Shown: piece after piece, positions 58,667-64,000 of the stretch | Layout: the number at the start of each line of letters is the position of its first letter | Numbering within the stretch: the first letter of the stretch is position 1 | Assembly (NCBI GenBank): GCA_964458565.1 | Contig: CAYWJO010000010.1 | Coordinates: 20,473-84,472, forward strand | Length of the DNA stretch: 64,000 nucleotides | Direction: 5' to 3' | From: an uncultured archaeon | GTDB taxonomy: Archaea; Asgardarchaeota; Thorarchaeia; Thorarchaeales; Thorarchaeaceae | Notes under the pieces: model-generated | Told to the model about the DNA's origin: nothing | The model's database searches: none | The model's input: the letters and a program-made list of their open reading frames with translations, nothing else | Translations under genes and position numbers: made by a program

Positions 58667-59209
58667 TCAAGTATCTATGGTGCCATCCATTTCAGGCGAA
58701 GGACTCCAAGGTGACGTCCGAGGAATCCAACGAGGAACATTTCTCATATATTCAATATACTCATCGCCAAATCGATCAATCAATCCAAGTTCTTCAGAAA
58801 ATACAAAGTAGACATGATTTCCAGTCATGAAGAATAAACACCATAGAAATATACCCCAAGAACCAAACATAATCGCCTCACCCAACAGAATTGTCAAAAC
58901 ACCAGCAATCATTGGGTTTCTCATATATGCATAAACGCCTTGTATAACGAGTTTTGAGGTTGGAGCCCAAGGAGCCAACGTGCCTTCACCTATAGTAGCA
59001 ATGAGTCGATTTGTGATGACGAGTAGTGACAATCCGGCAGAAGTAATTACCAATCCAATGATTATGACAACCGGAATTAAAAAGAAGGGCAGCTGAAACC
59101 ACCAATCAAGGAAGAACACATCTGAGGAAAGAAGGATTATTGCAGGTATGATGATAGTTACAACCGTTGGTAATGCAAGTATTGCAAACGCATGTTGACG
59201 TGTGTTCAA
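58667..59209 (-). CDS. Isoprenylcysteine carboxylmethyltransferase/PEMT family membrane protein
   Basis: GEGTLAPW.P..LVIQG.YAYMRNPM, EE..L..RFG.EY..Y...VPRW. Confidence 0.88.
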   Translation of the reverse strand: MNTRQHAFAILALPTVVTIIIPAIILLSSDVFFLDWWFQLPFFLIPVVIIIGLVITSAGLSLLVITNRLIATIGEGTLAPWAPTSKLVIQGVYAYMRNPMIAGVLTILLGEAIMFGSWGIFLWCLFFMTGNHVYFVFSEELGLIDRFGDEYIEYMRNVPRWIPRTSPWSPSPEMDGTIDT

Positions 59210-59233
59210 TACTGACTAACCTCGCTCTTAATG

Positions 59234-60820
59234 TCAAATTGTCGCGTATCCCTTCTTCATAACAGTGTCAACGACCTGATTTGATTTCTCAGGATGGTCG
59301 CGATTGTAATGTGCGCCGCGACTTTCCTTACGCATCCTAGCCATCCGTACAATTAGTTCTGCAACTTGAGCAATGTTTCTCAATTCCACTAAATCTGGAG
59401 TGAGTTTGAAATCCCAATAAAATGCGTTTATTTCTTTGTTCAAGAATTCTAGTCTATCTCTTGCACGCATGAGACGTTTGTCAGAACGTACGATTCCAAC
59501 GTAATTTACCATAAGACGACGTACTTCGTCCCAAAGATGCGAGATAACAACCAACTCATCCGGATCAGTTGCGTGTCCAGGATCCCAAGGAGGAATCAGA
59601 CATTCAATATTATTCAAACTCAAGTATTCTGCCACAGCAATTGATGCATTATGTGCTAATACAGCACCTTCGAGGAGAGAGTTTGATGCCAACCTATTTG
59701 CACCATGAAGCCCAGTACAAGCGGTTTCTCCGATTGCAAATAATCCCTTCATGTCAGTTCTACCATCTATATCAACCTTAATCCCACCACAAGTATAATG
59801 AACAGCAGGAACAACTGGAATCGGTTCTTCTGCAATGTCTATTCCTGCATTGAAACACGTTTCATAAATCACTGGAAATCTATCCTTGATGAATTCGGAA
59901 CCCTTGAATGAGATGTCAAGATGCACATAGTCTGCACCTGTACGCTTGAGTTCACTATCAATTGCACGAGCGACAACATCACGAGGTGCAAGTTCTGCAT
60001 CCGGATGATATGTATCCATGAATCTTTTCCCATCATGACCCAGAAGTACAGCACCTTCACCTCTTAGCGCCTCAGAAATCAAGAAAGAACGAACACGAGG
60101 ATGATATAGCAAAGTTGGGTGCCACTGAATGAATTCTAAGTTGGATATGGTTGCTCCTGCACGATACGCCATTGCAATACCATCTCCAGTTGCAATATCG
60201 GGATTACTTGTGTAAAGGAAGACTCTACCAGCGCCGCCGGTTGCAAGCATTGTTACTTTTGCAGCATATCGTTTGACTTCATTTGTAGTCGAGTCTAGAA
60301 TATACGCACCCAGAACCTGATTGTTTTTACTGTAAAGATTGACAGCTACATGATTCTCATAGACAGAGATATTCGGGTTTTCGCTCGTTCGTTTTACCAG
60401 AGCTCGCTCGATGTCTGCACCTGTATGGTCTTTCACGTGTAGGACTCTTCGATGACTATGACCACCCTCAAGACCTAAATCAAAATCATCACACGCCTCC
60501 TCCTTACAGAATTCAACGCCTATATCTATGAGCTCATGAATTCGACTTGGTCCATCACGAACAATGCTTTCAACAACATCACGATGGCATAAGCCATCTC
60601 CAACACGTAATGTGTCCTCAATATGTGATTCAAACGAGTCATCGTCTGACATCACTGCTGCAATGCCACCCTGTGCTTTACTTGTGGCTGTATCAGCAAT
60701 CCCTTCCTTTGTAACTAGTGCAACTTTAGCTGATTGTGCTGCCTTCAATGAGAAGAAGAGACCAGAGATACCGCTACCAATGACTAGAATATCTGAAGTT
60801 ATGAGGTCAGAAGAGCCCAT
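59234..60820 (-). CDS. nadB: L-aspartate oxidase
   Basis: GSGISG, AQGGIAAV, EGGHSHRRVLH, QWHPT, LISEALRGEGA, LAPRDVVARAI, GLHGANRLASNSLLE, ESRGAH. Confidence 0.93.
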   Translation of the reverse strand: MGSSDLITSDILVIGSGISGLFFSLKAAQSAKVALVTKEGIADTATSKAQGGIAAVMSDDDSFESHIEDTLRVGDGLCHRDVVESIVRDGPSRIHELIDIGVEFCKEEACDDFDLGLEGGHSHRRVLHVKDHTGADIERALVKRTSENPNISVYENHVAVNLYSKNNQVLGAYILDSTTNEVKRYAAKVTMLATGGAGRVFLYTSNPDIATGDGIAMAYRAGATISNLEFIQWHPTLLYHPRVRSFLISEALRGEGAVLLGHDGKRFMDTYHPDAELAPRDVVARAIDSELKRTGADYVHLDISFKGSEFIKDRFPVIYETCFNAGIDIAEEPIPVVPAVHYTCGGIKVDIDGRTDMKGLFAIGETACTGLHGANRLASNSLLEGAVLAHNASIAVAEYLSLNNIECLIPPWDPGHATDPDELVVISHLWDEVRRLMVNYVGIVRSDKRLMRARDRLEFLNKEINAFYWDFKLTPDLVELRNIAQVAELIVRMARMRKESRGAHYNRDHPEKSNQVVDTVMKKGYATI

Positions 60821-61072
60821 ATAGTTGACCATCCTAGAGAAACTAGATAACATCGCACATAAACAAGTTGTGCTAAGGTGGAGAATCTTGAAATCGATAG
60901 TACCGATTTCACGTGGTGACTAAATTGGATAAGAAACAGAGAGAAAACCCGGACGAGGAAGTGAAAATCGGATACACTTTGAACCATTTAGTCCTTTATT
61001 GATTTGATTGCATCTAAAGTACTGTTAAAAAGGAGTTTGTTTTGATGCACCCCGACGCGGGTGCAAGCGACC

Positions 61073-61969
61073 ATGGGAACCAGTGATGAGACTATCGATG
61101 GAATAATAGTTCTTGATAAGAAATCCGGGATTCCAATGTTTTCCAGTCTTCAAGATGATAGCATTGATGATTCCTTGTTCGCAGCATTTGTTGCCGCAGT
61201 AAGTCATTTCGCGTCTGAACTCTCTATTGGTGGACTCACCTCATTTACGACTAATGACAAGACCGTTTTTGTGGCATCTAGAGAGAAAACTATCACAGCT
61301 TTAGTTATTCCTAGAAGCATTGAATTCCAAGAGAAGTTTTCATTGGCTCATGAGATTGGGGAAACCTTCGAATCGAGATATTCAATTCCTACACGACCAC
61401 AGCCGGAAGATTATCATGATTTTTCATTCGTTGTCGAAGATAGACTAAGCAGAAGAAGAAATCCATTCCTGAGGAGAGTTGCGGCATTTGCTCGTTCAGA
61501 ATATAATGGGGCGGTTTCAATTGGTCCACAACTTATGAAACGAGATGGAACTGATGCGATTATTGACATTCTTGTTGATAATGGATGTAAACAATCCTCT
61601 GAAACAAATGGAAAGCACTCGGTTGTTTTCAATCAGGACGTATCGATTTTCAAAGTAGTTGATGGAACAGTTGACCGTGGAGAAATCCTTGATTTTGTGG
61701 ACTTGGCAGCAAACCTAGGGATGCTCATAGTAAAGAAGGACGAGATGGAAATAATCCCATATGCACCACATCGCGCAATAATTGTTGGAAGAGACTTTGC
61801 TAGCTCAGGCCTCAAAGAAGTCATGTCAATGCCCTATGTTGACGAGAGAATAGATCTTGATTTCAGTCACATCTACAAAGGAATCAAAGGCGCACCCAAA
61901 GAAGCGATTTGCCATTTTGAACTATGGAAATGGAACGACGAGAGAGAGCCCGATAAAATCATTGTTTAG
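61073..61969 (+). CDS. Longin-like domain fused to a possible PD-(D/E)XK-like domain
   Basis: IIVLDKKSGIPMFS...DDSLFAAFVAAVSHFASEL (Asgard-type longin pattern); C-terminal IDILV...FK...V.RGEILDF...AIIVG..F. Confidence 0.6.
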   Translation: MGTSDETIDGIIVLDKKSGIPMFSSLQDDSIDDSLFAAFVAAVSHFASELSIGGLTSFTTNDKTVFVASREKTITALVIPRSIEFQEKFSLAHEIGETFESRYSIPTRPQPEDYHDFSFVVEDRLSRRRNPFLRRVAAFARSEYNGAVSIGPQLMKRDGTDAIIDILVDNGCKQSSETNGKHSVVFNQDVSIFKVVDGTVDRGEILDFVDLAANLGMLIVKKDEMEIIPYAPHRAIIVGRDFASSGLKEVMSMPYVDERIDLDFSHIYKGIKGAPKEAICHFELWKWNDEREPDKIIV

Positions 61970-61995
61970 TGCTTCGATTGTTGTTTCCTGATTTA

Positions 61996-62174
61996 TCAGA
62001 TCTTGGTATTCCAATGAATTATTGTAAGTGAGATAACTAAAAACCCAATTGAAGTTAATACAGGAACGAGATAAGCCATTTCGGGAGTTACCTGACTTAA
62101 TAGAATTGAGAGTACAAGCACTAACAAAAAAAAACGCTAAGTGTATTTCTTACGTACGCCCTCTTTTCAATCAA
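61996..62174 (-). pseudogene. Small two-TM protein frameshifted at a T9 tract (or a short TTG-started ORF)
   Basis: TTG-IEKRAYVRNTLSVFF, frameshift at 62126-62134, then LVLVLSILLSQVTPEMAYLVPVLTSIGFLVISLTIIHWNTKI*. Confidence 0.4.
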
Positions 62175-62284
62175 TGTTATCCTATAGGATTATGACAATA
62201 CTGATACTTCTATCCTATTGTGTAGTGGAATGCATATACAATGATGCGCATTTTTGTACATTGATGTTGCGTTCCGCACAAACC

Positions 62285-62572
62285 TTATAAATAAATGATA
62301 ATTCGCAGAGTCAAACCCTCACGAGGAAAGATGAAATGGCGAGTGTGCGTTACGGCCAATGGTATATGGGTCCTTTGAGGCCCGTTTAGCTAATTCTCTA
62401 ACAAGCACACTCCTACATCTTTCACACAGTATCACTATTTTCGGAGTTCAAGATTGTATAGTCCATCGTGATATACTTCTGGCACAATTTGATACAACTA
62501 GTGCAAACTCCAAATGGTATCACTGGTGGTAGGGTGTTCGATGACCTGAAAAGGTCAGAGGAGAAAATTGTA
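62285..62572 (+). promoter_or_regulatory. TATA box and long structured trpB2 leader with Trp-containing uORFs
   Basis: TTATAAATA at 62285; uORFs 62331-62378 and 62336-62389; several long stems; GAAA-tetraloop hairpin next to the RBS. Confidence 0.55.
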
Positions 62573-63925
62573 ATGAATAGAATACTATTAGACATTGATG
62601 AAATGCCAAAAAATTTCGTGAATATACTGCCATATTTGAAGGAACCACTTCCACCACCTATAGATCCGGTTACAAATGAACCTGTGAGTGCTGAGAAGCT
62701 CACAGCAATTTTTCCTGTGGAATGCGTCAAGCAGGAAGTTTCTATGGAAAAACGAATTCGGATACCGGATGAGGTTAGAGAGGCCCTGATGAGATTTGGC
62801 AGACCAACACCTCTACAGAGAGCAGTAGGTCTTGAGAAATTTCTGAAGACACCAGCTCGTATCTATTACAAGCGTGAAGATGTATCACCAACAGGTAGTC
62901 ATAAGCTGAATACTGCATTAACTCAGACATACTATGCTTCAAAAGAGGGTACCAAAAGACTTGCTACTGAAACTGGTGCTGGACAATGGGGTAGCGCTGT
63001 GGCGCTTTCATGTGCACACTTTGATATGCAGGCAATGATCTACATGGTAAGGATTTCATACGAGCAGAAGAAGTATCGGGGAACGCTCATGAGAGTGTAT
63101 GGTGCTGATGTAGTTTCAAGCCCATCAGATAGAACAAAGTATGGAAGACAAATCAAAAAAGAGAATCCGGATCATCCAGGAACACTTGGAATTGCTATCA
63201 GTGAGGCGCTGGAAGACACACTAAGTCATGAGGACACCAAGTATACACTTGGTTCGGTTCTCAACCATGTACTTCTACACCAATCGATAATTGGACAGGA
63301 AACAATGCTACAACTTCAGAAGGTCGATGAAACCCCTGATACAATCATAGGATGTGTAGGAGGAGGCAGTAACTTTGGGGGAATTATTTACCCGTTTATA
63401 GCAGATGGGGGATACAGTGATACTGAGTTCATTGCAGTAGAACCAGAAGCATGCCCAAGTCTAAACAAGGGAACCTATCGCTATGATTTCGGTGATGCGG
63501 CTGGTTTAACTCCAAAGCTCAAGATGTACACGCTTGGAACAGACTTTATTCCACCAAAAATCCATGCGGGAGGCCTTAGGTATCATGGTGTGGCTCCAAG
63601 TATAAGTGCACTTGTAAACGAAGGTCGGATTAAACCAGTTTGTTACCATCAATTAGAGGTGCTTGAATCAGGGATGCAGTTTGCTCGCGCAGAGGGAATC
63701 ATCCCAGCTCCAGAATCTGCGCATGCTATCAAGAGTGTTATTGATCTAGCTTTGGAAGCAAAACGCAATAATCAAGAGAGAGTCATTGTTTTCAATCTTT
63801 CAGGACACGGGCACTTCGATATGATGGCCTATGAATCTCTGATGGATGGAACATTGAATGGAGATACAGCTGTCTTAGAACAGAAACCGACTCCTACTAG
63901 TATATCTCACTTAGAAACTGCATGA
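62573..63925 (+). CDS. trpB2: Tryptophan synthase beta chain type 2 (TrpB2)
   Basis: [62 protein letters not shown]. Confidence 0.93.
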   Translation: MNRILLDIDEMPKNFVNILPYLKEPLPPPIDPVTNEPVSAEKLTAIFPVECVKQEVSMEKRIRIPDEVREALMRFGRPTPLQRAVGLEKFLKTPARIYYKREDVSPTGSHKLNTALTQTYYASKEGTKRLATETGAGQWGSAVALSCAHFDMQAMIYMVRISYEQKKYRGTLMRVYGADVVSSPSDRTKYGRQIKKENPDHPGTLGIAISEALEDTLSHEDTKYTLGSVLNHVLLHQSIIGQETMLQLQKVDETPDTIIGCVGGGSNFGGIIYPFIADGGYSDTEFIAVEPEACPSLNKGTYRYDFGDAAGLTPKLKMYTLGTDFIPPKIHAGGLRYHGVAPSISALVNEGRIKPVCYHQLEVLESGMQFARAEGIIPAPESAHAIKSVIDLALEAKRNNQERVIVFNLSGHGHFDMMAYESLMDGTLNGDTAVLEQKPTPTSISHLETA

Positions 63926-63934
63926 GTTCAACAA

Positions 63935-63965
63935 GGAGAGGTCTCTTGGATTCAAGAGGCTCTCC
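63935..63965 (+). terminator. Stem-loop after trpB2
   Basis: ggagaggtctcttg-gatt-caagaggctctcc, then atttttcc. Confidence 0.6.
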
Positions 63966-64000
63966 AAGATATTTTTCCAGAGAAAGCCAAGAAACTCTAA

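Noticed and set aside
62520-62540. T-box riboswitch (GGTGGTA)
   Set aside because: Lacks the ACC/CCGCG continuation and a recognisable Stem I specifier arrangement.

Overview
Gene-dense archaeal chromosomal segment, most likely from an Asgard archaeon (Thorarchaeia-like). This is inferred from co-occurring eukaryotic-signature proteins (Rab-like GTPase, gelsolin-like, longin-like, Vps62-like) plus archaeal genes (GGR, POR, IOR, TrpB2, free-standing ThrRS editing domain). The main feature is a tightly coupled 15-gene minus-strand operon (14532-30168). It combines three RecA/RadA-family proteins, an XPD-type Fe-S helicase, a Hel308/Ski2 helicase with an inserted SWIM Zn finger, a PIP-box FEN1-like nuclease, a membrane-anchored HerA/VirB4-like ATPase lacking Walker A, three further membrane proteins and several unknowns. 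It is a candidate membrane-coupled DNA transfer plus recombination system. Directly upstream lies an FG-GAP beta-propeller/beta-sandwich/Rab-like GTPase fusion. Other notable items: an AcpS+FkbH pair, three tandem TrmB-like regulators, a diverged duplicate of the porB 3' end flanking a sulfotransferase gene, an unannotated 44-aa four-Cys ORF enclosed by 5'/3' UTR pairing, a nonsense-split Vps62-like gene, and a structured trpB2 leader with Trp-containing uORFs. No rRNA, tRNA, CRISPR array, transposase or integrase was recognised. All family calls come from motif recognition by eye; no database searches were run.
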